Part shown: piece after piece, positions 33,275-45,366 of the stretch
Position numbering within the stretch: the stretch's first letter is position 1
Layout of the letters: each line of letters opens with the position of its first letter
Source of the DNA: Rebecca billardiae RCC1528
Taxonomy: Eukaryota > Protista > Haptophyta
Assembly (NCBI GenBank): GCA_965240325.2
Contig: OZ251222.1
Span: forward strand, 496,001 to 560,000
Direction of reading: 5' to 3'
Length of the DNA stretch: 64,000 nt
Notes under the pieces: generated by a model
Database searches by the model: none
Told to the model about the DNA's origin: nothing
Seen by the model: the letters and a program-made list of their open reading frames with translations, nothing else
Made by a program: the position numbers and the translations under genes

Positions 33275-35098
33275 ATGCCAGCCGCCGCGCAGTTGGTCGC
33301 GCTGCTCCTGCTCCCGCTGTGCGCGGAGCTGGCGAGAAGAGAGGACGGGAGGAGCATCTCCCTCCCGCTGCATCGCGTCGCCGCGCCCACGCCGGGCTTC
33401 CTCGCCGAGAGGCACGCGCGCCGGCGGCGGCTGGACGAGGCGCCCGCGGGCGCCGTGGCGTCGCACGTGCACGGCGACCTGGCACAGAACGGCTACTTCT
33501 CGACGGTGGTCGCGATCGGCTCGCCCGCGCAGGTCTTCGAGCTCATCGTGGACACGGGCAGCGGCGTGACTGCTGTCCCGTGCAGCGGATGCACCCAGTG
33601 CGGCGCGCACCGGCGCTTTGACGCCCACGCGAGCAGCACGGTGCGGCCGTGCAAGGGCGAGGGGTGCTCGTTCAGCATCCGGTACCAGGAGGGCTCGTCG
33701 TACAGGGGCGAGTACTTTGACGACAACTTCACCGTGGGCACGGCGCGCCACTGCGTCTCCTTCGCCTTCCGCTTCGGCTGCAGCTCCGTCGAGACGGGGC
33801 TGTTCCGCTCGCAGGGCGCGGATGGGATCATGGGCCTCGCGCCGCGCCGCAACACGCGCAAGACGGTGCAGGACGCGCTGGTCGAGCACAAGATGGTGAG
33901 CGACGCGTTCTCGCTGTGCATCGCGCGGCAGGAAGACGGCGGCCGCGGCTTCATCGCCTTTGGCGACGCGCTGAGCGCGCAGATGCGCGAGCGTGCCACC
34001 TGGACCAAGCTCATCGGCCGAGGCAGCTACCTGCTCGAGCTGCGCGGCGTGCAGCTCGGGCCTCGCGGGCGCTCGCTGGGCAAGCCGCAGAGCACGCTCC
34101 TCGACAGCGGCACGACGTTCGTCTACGCCGGGCGGCGTATCTTCCGCCCGCTCTTCGACGCGCTCCAGGCCGTCGAGCTGCGCGACTGCGGGCTGCGGAA
34201 GGGGCCGGCGCCGCGGCGCGACGAGATGTGCGTGCTGCCATACGCGGACGGCGAGATTGTGACCGAGGCCGAGATGGCGAAGCGGCTCGACCGGTGCTTC
34301 GAGCCGCTGCACTTCCGGGTGGGCAACGGGACGGTCGAGGCCGCGGCGTCGAGCTACTTCTACGCCGAGACCTCGAAGACGGCGCGCGGCAGCCTGTGGT
34401 GCCTCGGCGTCTTCCGCAACCAGAACGAGCAGCTGGTGCTCGGCGCCAACGTGCTCCAGAACCACCTGGTGACCATCGACCGCGCGCGCGGCGCCGTGGG
34501 CTTCCTGCCGTGGCAGTGCGGGGCCGAGCCGCACCTCGCGACGGCGGCGTCGGCGGCGGCCGTCGCCGCGCGCGCGCCGCCGCCGACGTGCGCGCGGCTC
34601 GACGCGCAGCTGCCGCGCGTCGTCGCCCCGAAGCCCGCCAAAAAGCCCAGCCCGGCGCCGTCCGAGCCGGCTCGCGCGAGTGGCGGCGGCGCGCACAGCG
34701 CGCCGCTGCTGCTGCACGCCTTCCGCAAGTCGGCGGACGCGGTTCGCGGCCGGCCTCCGCGCGGCTGGCGGATCAGCTCGCGCGCAGTCGCGGCCGCTGT
34801 CTTCGCGCTCGTGCTCGCCACGTGCCTGCTGCTCGCGCTCCTGCTAGTCCTGCGCGCGCCGCACGACGGCGCCAAGTACAGCCCGCCCGGCGAGCAAGTT
34901 GAGCGCGCGCAGTGCAGCGGCTGCTGGCGCTGCGGCTGCAGCGCGTGCTGCGAGGAGCTGGCGCGCGACATCGACGACCTCGCCGAGGAGCTCTTCGAGG
35001 ACGCCCCGCTCGTGCCCAGGGGGCCGCCATCGGCGTCGAGGCCCGCGGGTGAGGCTGGGCTGGCTGATGCAGCTGCAAGTGCAACTTTGACTGCTTGA
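33275..35098 (+). CDS. Membrane-anchored A1 aspartic protease (pepsin-like, nepenthesin-type Cys insert)
   Basis: Signal peptide, catalytic IVDTGS and LLDSGTT, CSGCTQCG insert, FGC..ETGLF..QGADGIMGL, LGANVLQN and a C-terminal TM helix. Confidence 0.92.
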   Translation: MPAAAQLVALLLLPLCAELARREDGRSISLPLHRVAAPTPGFLAERHARRRRLDEAPAGAVASHVHGDLAQNGYFSTVVAIGSPAQVFELIVDTGSGVTAVPCSGCTQCGAHRRFDAHASSTVRPCKGEGCSFSIRYQEGSSYRGEYFDDNFTVGTARHCVSFAFRFGCSSVETGLFRSQGADGIMGLAPRRNTRKTVQDALVEHKMVSDAFSLCIARQEDGGRGFIAFGDALSAQMRERATWTKLIGRGSYLLELRGVQLGPRGRSLGKPQSTLLDSGTTFVYAGRRIFRPLFDALQAVELRDCGLRKGPAPRRDEMCVLPYADGEIVTEAEMAKRLDRCFEPLHFRVGNGTVEAAASSYFYAETSKTARGSLWCLGVFRNQNEQLVLGANVLQNHLVTIDRARGAVGFLPWQCGAEPHLATAASAAAVAARAPPPTCARLDAQLPRVVAPKPAKKPSPAPSEPARASGGGAHSAPLLLHAFRKSADAVRGRPPRGWRISSRAVAAAVFALVLATCLLLALLLVLRAPHDGAKYSPPGEQVERAQCSGCWRCGCSACCEELARDIDDLAEELFEDAPLVPRGPPSASRPAGEAGLADAAASATLTA

Positions 35099-35486
35099 GC
35101 GGCGCAGACGGCAGAGTCTGCCAGCTGATGCCGTGAGCTGGTGCTCGTCGTCCGCGCTGCCAACCGCACAACGCCAACGGCCGGTGCTGTCCGCCCTATC
35201 AGTAGTGGCCAGTGTGCTAAGTGCATGACCTAGTAGCAGAGTCTTCTAGTAGCAGTCTCAGCCAGGCGCTGACGATGCATGCCTGCTGATCGTCACTCAC
35301 TAGCTCGACGTCAGTAAAATAAATATTTATAGATATACGTACACGCCTACGGCCTACGCGGGTCGATCGATGGCGCTATTGAGCTAGCAGTAGCGCATGA
35401 TGCATGCAACGCAGGTTGCGCGCTGTATAGCCATTCACGACATGATGCCGCTAATACATGGCGTCGTCAGAGCCCTGCTGCTGATG

Positions 35487-38400
35487 CTAGCCCACGTTCA
35501 CCACCGCGTCTGCGTCGTTGTCGTTGACTGGTGCCGGTGGGCCCGCGGCCGCGACCGCGTGATCGCCGTGCGGCGCTGCCGGGGCTCCTGCCGCATCGGC
35601 CATCATCCACGCAGCCGTTGGTTCTGCGACGGCCGCGTTGGCGGCGCTTGGACGCAGCGGCAGCGGGCTCTCCTGCCCCTCCGCAAGCATCGGGTGGACC
35701 GCAGCCTCGGCGGCCGCGACATCCGCCGAAGGCTGACGGCCCGACAGGCCCAAGCCGGCCGTCCCGAGCGCGCGGACGACGAGCGACGGGGTGGCGTTGT
35801 TGGACGTCTTCCGGCTGCTGCACGCCGGCGAGACCGCGGGCGCCACGGTCCGGCGAGGCGAGGCCTCGCCGGACGTGCCCGCTTCGTCGACGCCGGCCAT
35901 GTCCCTCGCGCGCACGCCACCGCGCTCGAGAAGCGAGCCCTTGCGCGACGCGGGCGCAGTGATGCTGCCGAGCGCGGCGACAATCTCCGCGTCCGACGCG
36001 ATGCGCGGCAGGCCGTGGTCGAACGAGCCCGAGCGGCTGCGCGTGCTCGGATGGACGGCCGCGCCGGCCGAGCCCCTGCGGAGGTTCATGCGCGTGCGGA
36101 ACGAGCCGTTCTCCGCGAGGTTGAGGTTGTTGAGCGCGCGCGCGAGCGCGTCGGCGCGCACGGCGCGGCTGTGCGCGTCCTCGAGCGAGTCCTCCACGCC
36201 CGCGTTGATGAAGAGGTCGGCGAGCTCGTGGACGACGGCGAGCCGGCTGCGCGCGTTGAGGCGGTGGAGCAGGTGCGGCAGCGAGTTCGTGTCCAGGCCC
36301 TCCGGGAACGTCATCTGCGCGAACCGCCGCCCGTCCTCCGACTCCCGGAACGAGTCGGTCGTGGACGCGAGCACGAAGAGAGATGAGAGCGCGTCGTTGA
36401 GCCCGCGCTGCAGGTCCTCGTCGTCCATCTGGTCGGTGATCGCGTGGATGAGCTCCTCGGGGTCGGTGGCCTCGAGCATCTTGCGGATGCCGCTCACCAT
36501 CGACGGCGTGAGCCGGACCTGCAGCGGCACGCGCGCGGCGAGCGCGCGCGAGCGCGGGTTTGGAGCGCGCGCGTGCGCGCGCGCACGCGAGGGGCGGCGG
36601 CGCGCCGCCGGCCGCGCGCGTCGGCGCCGCGTCGGCGCGCGTCCGCACCTGGTGGGTCGTGAAGCTGCGCCTGTTCGCCCGCCCACCCGTGCGGGTCGGG
36701 CTGAGGAACGCCGAGACGCGGTTGAGCTCCCGCGGGCTCCCCGAGACGTCGTGCACGCTCATGCGCTCGCTCACCGCCAGCCGCATCGGGCTGGGCAGCA
36801 TCTCGAGCAGCGAGTGCGAGATCACGCCGAGATCGCGCGAGCGCACGTACACGTAGAAGACGTGCATGAGGTGCACGGCGGCGAGGATGAGGACGGAGCC
36901 GACGGAGGTGTACACGAGCACGTCGAAGACGGTGCGCACGGCCGGCGCCACGCCGGTCGGGTTGTTGTACACCGTGCCGCCGATCACGAGGATGATGAGC
37001 AGCACGAACAGCAGATAGATCGAGAGCGAGTTGACGAGCACGTGCTTGAACGGCCGCGCCGCCATCTGCAGCACGAGCGCGAGCAGCACGATGAGCGAGA
37101 TCATCGCGACCTGCGTGCCCGCGCCGAGCGGCCCGGCGAACGCGAGCACCACGCCGACCAGCAGCTTGCGCAGCAGGTCGACGCACTCCCAGAAGTACCA
37201 CCGCCGCTTGTACGGGATGCGCACGATCATCGTGCACCGCCGCCACGCGTCCGACGACTTGACGTCCGCGGCGAAGAAGAAGAAGAGCGCGAGGACGATG
37301 GGGTACGCGGCGACGACGAGGGCGGAGGTGGTGGCGGCGACGGGGAGCACGCGCTCGCGGAACTCCTCGCCGTCGCAGTCGATCGCCGGGTACCCCACCA
37401 TCGTGCGGCTGCCGTCGGGCTGGCGCGTGCACGCGATCGGCAGCCCGGCGAGCGCGATCCGAGCGGTGTGGATGTACAGCAGCGACATGGTGAGCACGAC
37501 GGCGTTGACGGCGCGGTACACGATGAGGCGGCAGCGGCGGAAGCGCTCGGCCCACGGCTTGTGCCGCAGCGCGTACAGCGCGCGCGGCCACGCCGAGAGC
37601 AGCACGTGCGCCGCGTACGCCGCCATGAAGATGAACGGCATCGTGCACTGCAGCTGCCAGCGGCGCACAAACCCAATCGACTCGTACTGGCACTCGGGCG
37701 CGAAGACGCTCAGGTCGATGTTGGCGATGGAGAAGGCGGCGAGGAACTCGCGCACGCTCTCGGGCCACGCCACGCTCGTCTCGAGCATCAGGTTGAGCAT
37801 CTGCGAGAAGAAGATCACCCCCTGGATCTCGGCGGCCGCGGAGACGGTGCTCGACATGAGCAGGCCGCCCTTGTCGTTCTCGCGCTCAAGGTTTGCGGTC
37901 GTGTGGATCGCGAAGAGCGCGAGGACGAAGACGACGACGACGATGGCGGCGGTGATGCGGTTCTGCGTCTCGCACGGGTAGCACCCGCCGTGCCACGAGA
38001 AGTGCCCCTGCACGCAGTCCGAGCACACGTCGCCGGTGAAGCCGTCGCCGCACAGCTCGAGGCCGCCGCCCGGGCACGCGAGCGTGCTCGCGCAGCGCAG
38101 CATCACGTGCCTCGTGGCGGCGCGCTCGAAGTAGCCCTTGACCGGCGTGGGCACGACGACGTCGCTGAAGCCGGTGCCCTCGCACACCGCGCCCACCGGG
38201 CAGGGCAGGCACTCCGAGCCGCGCGCCGCCCACTCGGGCGCGTAGAAGCCCTCCTCGCACGTGCAGTTGGAGCGCGCGGTCGCGCCGCGCAACGTGACAA
38301 ACGGCAGGTGCGGCACGCCCGACGCCTCGAGATACGCCGAGTTGGCGGGGCACGCGCGGCACTCGAGCTGCGCCTCCTCGTCCTGGTACTCGGTCGAGTC

Positions 38401-41400
38401 GCACGGCGGGCACGTGCGCCGGTCGTACGCGTAGCTCCCCGCCGGGCACGCCTCGCACCGGTTGATCCCCGCCGAGCCCGCGACGTAGCCGTCAGCGCAC
38501 GGCCGGCAGTGGCCCGAGCGCAGCTCCTCGCCCGCCTCGCACAGCACCGCCTGCGGCTCGGTCGGGTCGAGCACGCGGAAGATGACGGTGGCCTCCGCGA
38601 CGAGGCCGGCGAGGTCGGTCACCGTGTACCCGACGAGCGCGATGCCGATCGTGCGGTTGAACGCGTTCAGCGCCGTCTCGGTCGCGCCGTCGATGGACGC
38701 GGCGACGAAGGAGAGCGAGCGCGCGTCGGGCGGCAGCTCGTGCCCGACCGCGCGCACGGTGCGGCCGAGCCCGTCGCGCAGCGTGCCGAAGCTGGGCATG
38801 TGCGAGATGCGCACGACGAGGTCGGACGCGGTGTCGGCCTCGTCCACGTCGTACACCACGAGCGCCGTCTCCATCTCCTCCGAGATCACGCCGTCGATCA
38901 CGACGGACTCGGCCGTCGGCGCGTCGTTTCGCTCGTCAATGCGCACGGCCACGTGCTTCTCGGAACTCTCCGAGAACGCGTCGCCCGGGCAGTCGGAGGC
39001 GACGACGGCGAAGGAGTCGGTGCCGTGCGCGTGCGCGTGCGGGACGTACCGCACGCGCAGCTCGCCCGAGTACAGGCTCGCCGGCTGCAGCTCGCGCGCG
39101 CCCACCAGCTTGATGTAGTCGATGTAGTTCCAGTCGGACACGCCCGTCTGAGAGCTCGTGTCGATCTCGATGCGGAGCGTGTCCGCGGTGAAGTGCGGGC
39201 GGCACGTGCGCGGCGGCGCCCACCTCCAGTAGCGGTCGGTGCGCGTGTACTCGTCGGCGACGTCCCTCATCGCCGCGCCGGAGTACAGCTCGACCCACTC
39301 GCCGTCCTCCGCCTGCGCGCGCACGCCGACGATCCCGCCCATCCCGCGGCTCGAGCCGATCTCGACGACGACGACGTACACGGGCTGCGCAAAGCGCACG
39401 ACGATGAACTCAGAGTAGCCGCCGGCGGCGTAGGTGTGCGACGGGTTGTGCGAGTAGCGGTACTGCGGGCCGAACGCGCCGCCGCCGGTGAGGTCGACGT
39501 CGTCGACCAGCGCGCGGTTGAGCGGGCACCACACGTTGCCCACCGACGGGCTGATCGAGTCGCGCGGCACCCACGCGCGCACCGCGCCGCCGTCGGCCGG
39601 CGCGAGCTCGCGCAGGCAGCGGCCCGGGTATGACTTGGGGCCGAGCGGGTCCATGTGGCACTGGTACCACTCGTCGCTCGTCGCGTTGCGGCGGTACATC
39701 GGGTGGTACTCGATGTGCACGCGCGTCGGGTCCGCCTCGTCCACCTCGAGCACGCGGCCGATCAGCCCGTCGCCGGCCGGGTGCAGCACCTTGGTGCCGA
39801 GCGGCACGGGCAGAGCCACGTCCTCACGCCACGCGGCCTCGCTCTCGCACTCGCCAAAGCTCGAGCAGTCGGGCGGGCCGATGACGTGCATGGGGTGGTA
39901 GCCGGCGTAGGGCGGGTTGCCCCAGAACGAGGACACCTCGACCACCTCGTCCACGTACTGCGTCACCACCTCGCCGATCTCGAACGCCGAGTACGGGTTG
40001 GTGATCGGCACGTTGTCCGGCAGCCGAAAGAGAGTGCCCTTGGTCGGCAGCTGCGTGATGAACACGTCGAGCGGCGTGCCCACCTCCTGGTCGGAGGCGT
40101 TGAGCGAGACGAGGACGCCCCCGGCGTGCGCGTCCTCGACGAGGCTGAGCGACGGCACCGACACCACCGGCGCGTCGTCCAGCCCCTCCACGTTGATCGG
40201 CACCACCGTCGGCGCCGACTCGAGCGTCGCGTCCGCCTCGTCCACGACCGAGTAGGCGAGCGTGTCGAGAGGGAAGCCCGCGCCGTTCGGCTCCGGCACG
40301 TACATCACGACGGGCTGCGGCCCCGGGATGAGGCAGCCGGCGTGGGTGATCAGCGTGCCCTCGGCGAGCGTGCTCGACGCGTACGGCAGCGCGTACAGCG
40401 CGCCGCGCGTCGGCACCGTCGTCACGTTGGCCCCGAGCGGCGCGCCGTTGGGCGACGCCGCCGAGAGGAGCCGGATGACGAGCGGCCGGTCCTCGACCGT
40501 GTTGCCCGTCGTGAAGAAGGGGCGCACGCCGTCGGGCGGGCCGCGTGGCGCGAGGCGCGGGACGACGTGGAACGTGGTGTTCGAGCCACCGGCGTCGGCG
40601 GGCGCCAGCTCCACCACGAGCGTGCCCGACGCGTCCGGCGCGTCGGGCGACCACGACGCCGGCGCTACGATCGAGCGCCGCGCTCCGTCGGGCGCGACCA
40701 GCGTGAGCGCCTCGCCCGCGCGCGCGGTGAGCACCGTCGGCGCGGCGGGGTCGGGCGGCTTGGGCACCGCGCGGCCCGACGGATCCGGGTTGGGCGTGCG
40801 CACCGGCGGCTGGAATTCCAGCGCATCGCCCGAGACGGTGAACGGCCTGAAGCGCGAGCCTGCGTACTCGCTCTGCGCGGGCAGCCGGCCAAAGACAAAG
40901 TCATAGTCGCTGCCGGCGCTGCCGAGGTTGGGCTCGTAGCCCTCGTGCTCGGTGGGGTGGTTGAAGTTGTACAGGAGCACCATGTCGGGCTCGAGGCCCG
41001 CCAGCCGGCGCTCCGTCAGCGAGCTGTTCCACCGCAGCGCGATCTCCTCCGCCGAGAGCGCGCCGGCGACGACCGCGAGGTCGTCGATGCCGCCGGAGAA
41101 GCCATACGCCACGTTGCACTGCGTCGGCTCGTTCTGCAGCCAGTGCTCGCCGTCGTACGTGCCCAGGTAGCACTGTGCGCCGCGCGGCGGCAAAGTCGAG
41201 GTGGACGACGCGGGGACGCGCGCAGGCGGCGGCAGCGCCGGTCAGCGCGCGCGCCCGCGCGCGTGTGCGCCCGCGCGCGCTCGCGCGCGCGCGGCTCGGC
41301 GTGGTGCGGCGCGCGCACCATGCCGCCAAGCGAGAGGCGCGCCTTGTTCTCGAGGAACTCAAAGTCCTCACCCTGCTGGAACGCCTCGTGCACGAGCACG

Positions 41401-41837
41401 CCGTCGACGTACTGCCGCAACACGCCGCCCTCCTTCTGCCAGCTCATGGTGTACTGGTGCCAGTTGAGCGCCTCGGCGCCGAGGCCGCGCACGACCGGCG
41501 GGCCCTCCTGCCCAAACATCCACCCGCCTTTCACGCCGGCAAACGGCGTGAAGGAGGCGTCGTTCCCTTCGTACTGCAGGTTCAGGTGGATCTGGTTGTC
41601 TGTCCGATCCAGGTCATCGAAGCGCAACCAGCTGAAGATCGTCATGCCGCCCCCGAGCTTGGCGATCTCGGGGTTGGACGGATCAAGGATGGGCGCGCGA
41701 GTGCCGGCCATCGTCCACCGTCCGCCAAAGGTGATCGAGTAGCCGCCCCCGTGCGCGGCAGCCTGCGCATTCGCACCCGCAGCTGCTACGAGCCAGAGAG
41801 CATACCCGAGCACCAGGCCATCCCGGCTCGGGCCCAT
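35487..41837 (-). CDS. Large multidomain cell-surface protein: LamG/pentraxin-like, Ig/cadherin-like repeats, Cys-rich GCC2/ephrin-receptor-like repeats, about 7 TM helices; introns 41173-41318 and 36519-36648
   Basis: Signal peptide; WHQYTMSW..YVDG..FSGGIDDLAV (LamG); PTRGALY/PTKGTLF, DSF, NDAP (Ig-like); CEACPAGSY, CLPCPVGAVC, GFTGDVCSDC; PYKRRWYFWECVDLLRKL multi-TM region. Confidence 0.8.
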
Positions 41838-43692
41838 GGTCGTAGCGCCCGCTGCTCGAGGCTCCAACCCACCTCGTTGACGAGGCGCCGGCGGGGAGAG
41901 GTGCGAGTCGGAACGTACGTGCCCAGCAGTCTATTACAAGACTATTAGGAGCCCGCGGCGATGACGAAAAGTCGAAAACTGCCGAACGTCGAGAACACTT
42001 GGTGAGCAAGCATTGATATTGGATGACGAGGTTCATCAACGTGAATCAGCGCGAGCTGATTCAGCTGAACGGTCATATTGTGATGGCGTGATGGCCCTGA
42101 TTACTACGGTATGATGAGTTCATCGCAACCGCTACTTATGAACTGGGTCGTAGAGAAGCATGATTTCGATCTCGGTGGGGGTGGGCTGAACGACAGATGC
42201 TATTATGACTGCTTATAATAATAATGAGTGAGCCTTTGCAAGAGGATGGTGCTGAAGATGTGGCCTCCCTGCGAGCAGAAGCTCGCGCATGACATGCTTC
42301 TGTGAGGGACCACTGGAGGTACGTTGTCCCATAACGTGCCAGTGTGGTGGTCGTTTGAGCGCGCGCAGCAGTATATCTTGTGGTCGACGGAAGCCGTCGG
42401 CACATCGCCCTCGGAAGTCGGGTCGGCGACGAAGCACTTGCGGCGGTGGCGGTGGTGGTCAGCAGTCCTTCGAGCAGTCCACCTAGTGCACTCGAAGCCG
42501 GTGCTGATGATGATTTTCATCTCCGCTAACAGTAGATCGGTTACTGAGTCGGTATCCCTTCGTCCGGTCAAATCGTCTGCAGGCTGCACTGCTGGTCTGG
42601 CTGCACTGCTAGGCGCCCAAGCCGGGGATTTCAAGTCCCGCTCTCGAGCTGTGGAGCTTCGCCGCGGGGACGCCACCAGTGACCGGCCGGGCGCCGCTCG
42701 CGCCGCCTGCTGTCTTTCTGGCGCCGATAGACCGATCGGACTCATTCAATCAGATGAGCGTGCATCATGCACGCTGTCCGTGACGAGGGACATCAGCATG
42801 GTCGCTACTGCCACCGCGCTGAGCCCGACCCGCCTCCGAGTAGCATGAGTTGGCGACGAGCCCCGAAGCCTATATGATGTCAGGCAGCTGAACAGGCTCG
42901 CGCGGGGTCAGTGTGACACTCTCTGAGTTAGTCACTCGATCAGTGCCAGTCTTAGCAGCACTCTCAGTCTCACTGTGACTCAGTGCTAAGTGACTCATTC
43001 GTCATGACGTCATACTCATCACTAATAAAAAAAACCAGTGACGTACTAGCTCGGATGCGCGCCCGCAAGTCGTCCCCTCACCGTAGTGGCTGTCCGGTGG
43101 CCCGACCGTCGAGACGTAGCAATAATTTCGGGTCGTGAACGTCACGATCTGACCGATCTCACTATCTGTCAGACTGTTAGTAAGGACTAAGGCCTACATA
43201 CTACATAGTCATAGTAGTAAAGTCTACTAGCTAAGTCCGTCTGATTCCCGTCACGGACGCCGTCAGCCCGTACTTCGGCCCGGCAGTGGCTGCTAGTCGG
43301 CAGCGCAGCCACCCTGATTCCCTGTGAGTCTGCGTGAGCCGAGAAGCATGCTGCTAGTGCTATATCTATAGCCGGTACTCTAGCACTACTCTCGGGCTCT
43401 CGAGTCGATCGCACTCCGCTGACAGTCTCCGGCACTCCGCCGGGACCCGGCGCGGCGGCGGGCTCCGAGAGTCCGAGAGCAGAGAGTACGGAGAGTCTAG
43501 GTGATAGAGGCTTCATAGACTGCATGGCACTAAATTCTATATAGTATAGTACTAACTACTGCATACCGATTATTACCGACTACCGAGTGACCCGCTGTGC
43601 GGTGTCGGCCGGGTCGGCGAGCCCCAGCCCGGCCGTCCGGACCGCGGAGGCGCCACTCCGGCAGCCAGTAGCCACCCGTCGACTCGCCCACA

Positions 43693-44793
43693 TCAGGGCA
43701 AGAATGGTGCCGGGCTCACCCATCTGGTCGGCGCCAAGGGCACATCGGTGCGGGCTCGTCCAGACGCAGAGTGGCGCTGCCGATGTGGGGCGTGCACGGC
43801 CGCCGCCGCGGCTGGCGGCGGGCCCCTTGCGGGCCGGGCACCGGGGCTGTCCGTAGAAGCGCGCACAGCGAAGGGCCGCGCAGAGAACGGCCCACGCTCG
43901 GTGGCGCGTGGCGGCGCCGCCTCGACACCGCGCACCACGTCCTCCGCGCGCGCTCGCAGCGCCTCCTCGCACCGCAGCCGCTCCGCCTCGACGCGGCGCG
44001 TCAGCTGCTCGCTTAGCGCCTCCGCCTCTGCCGCAAACTGCTCCTCCAGCGCACGCAGCCGGGCGCGGAACTCGTCCTTGAGCTCGCCGATGCGCGCCTT
44101 CATCTCCGCCGTCTGCACGACCGTCTCTCGCTCCAGCTCGCGCGCTGCCGAGCGCGTCATGCTGCGCACGTCGCGCCGGCCACTGCGCGCGGCGGCATCG
44201 ATCGAATCGGCATGCGCTGCGATCGAGCTGGCGATGGTGGAGACATGGCTCCGGGCCACACCGACGGTGAAGGGCACCGCAACGTCGTCGCTGCTGTCGC
44301 TGATGTGGCTCTCGGCATCGTCGCTCAGCGCGTCCAGCAGCTCCGACGCGCGGTGCCGCCCGTCTGTGGCCGCACGCGGTGCGTGTGCTGGCTCGTCGTC
44401 GCTGCTCTCTGTCTCGCTCCCACCGTCGTGCCGCCGGGCGGACGGTTCAGCCGCGCCGATTGCGCGTCGTAGAGAGGCCTTGAGGCGTCGTTCGATCGCC
44501 TCGTTACTCGCGCGTGCACCCGCGATCCGCCTGCGCGGCCGACGGGGCGGGCGCTGTGGCGTCTCTGTCGCACCGCTCATGGACGCCACGAGCTCTGCTC
44601 CAAGCCGATGGCGAAGCGGACCAGACCCGCCGTGCCGGCTCGTCCCAGGGATGCGCGCGCCAAAGGCAATGGTGGCCCCTGCATCCTCTTCGCCACGCTC
44701 CTCATCATCGTCCTCCTCGTCCGTCACGTCGTCGTCAGTGTCCGACAAGGCCGCGAGTGCCCGACGCGAGCGCGTGTCGCGCCCGGCAGGCAT
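43693..44793 (-). CDS. Hypothetical protein, acidic/low-complexity with a coiled coil
   Basis: ATG at 44793, 129 bp upstream of the divergent TAF11 ATG. Heptad-rich segment AEMKARIGELKDEFRARLRALEEQF. 3' end uncertain. Confidence 0.6.
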   Translation of the reverse strand: MPAGRDTRSRRALAALSDTDDDVTDEEDDDEERGEEDAGATIAFGARIPGTSRHGGSGPLRHRLGAELVASMSGATETPQRPPRRPRRRIAGARASNEAIERRLKASLRRAIGAAEPSARRHDGGSETESSDDEPAHAPRAATDGRHRASELLDALSDDAESHISDSSDDVAVPFTVGVARSHVSTIASSIAAHADSIDAAARSGRRDVRSMTRSAARELERETVVQTAEMKARIGELKDEFRARLRALEEQFAAEAEALSEQLTRRVEAERLRCEEALRARAEDVVRGVEAAPPRATERGPFSARPFAVRASTDSPGARPARGPPPAAAAAVHAPHRQRHSASGRARTDVPLAPTRWVSPAPFLP

Positions 44794-44922
44794 GCTATTT
44801 GCTGCTGATTCGAAAACAGGACCGTAGGCTGTTCCGGACCGCGGTCCGGAACTCCGGGGAAGTGGAAAGTTCAGAAAGCCACGGGCGGCGAAGCGGGGTG
44901 AGCCGTGAGCTGGGTGCCAGCG

Positions 44923-45366
44923 ATGGCGGACGATGACCTCGATGAGGAGCTCGAGCGCGCCGCAGCGGAGATGGAGGAGACGGAGTGGCTGCGCCGGCGC
45001 CAAGACGCGGAGATGCGCAACGGTCCACTCGTCGAGCACCTGCTCCGCGAAGCTGAGCTCGGCCGCCCCGAGCTGCTCAATCGCTACGAGTTTGCTCGAA
45101 GAAGCAGCTTCAAGCCGACAGCCATGAAACGACTGATGACCGAGCTGGCGGGGACTGCAGTGGAGGACGACGCTGTGATTGTCGTGCGCGGTATCGCAAA
45201 AGTCTTCGCCGCCGAGCTGATCGAGGCCTCGAGCGAGGTGCGAGACGAGGCTGCACCGGATGGCGCCATCCAACCGCAGCACGTGCGCCGGGCCCTGCAT
45301 CGGCTGCAGGGCGACGACGCCATCCCACCGCTGAAAAAGTACAAGCGCAGGCGCTTCTGGCGTTAG
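44923..45366 (+). CDS. TAF11: TFIID subunit 11 (histone fold)
   Basis: LNRYEFARRSSF, AMKRLM, IVVRGIAKVFAAELIE, AIQPQHVRRA. Confidence 0.9.
   Translation: MADDDLDEELERAAAEMEETEWLRRRQDAEMRNGPLVEHLLREAELGRPELLNRYEFARRSSFKPTAMKRLMTELAGTAVEDDAVIVVRGIAKVFAAELIEASSEVRDEAAPDGAIQPQHVRRALHRLQGDDAIPPLKKYKRRRFWR

Noticed and set aside
42203-42848. Overlapping 180-aa (-) and 174-aa (+) ORFs
   Set aside because: No recognisable domain and codon use unlike neighbouring genes; cannot be supported without expression data.
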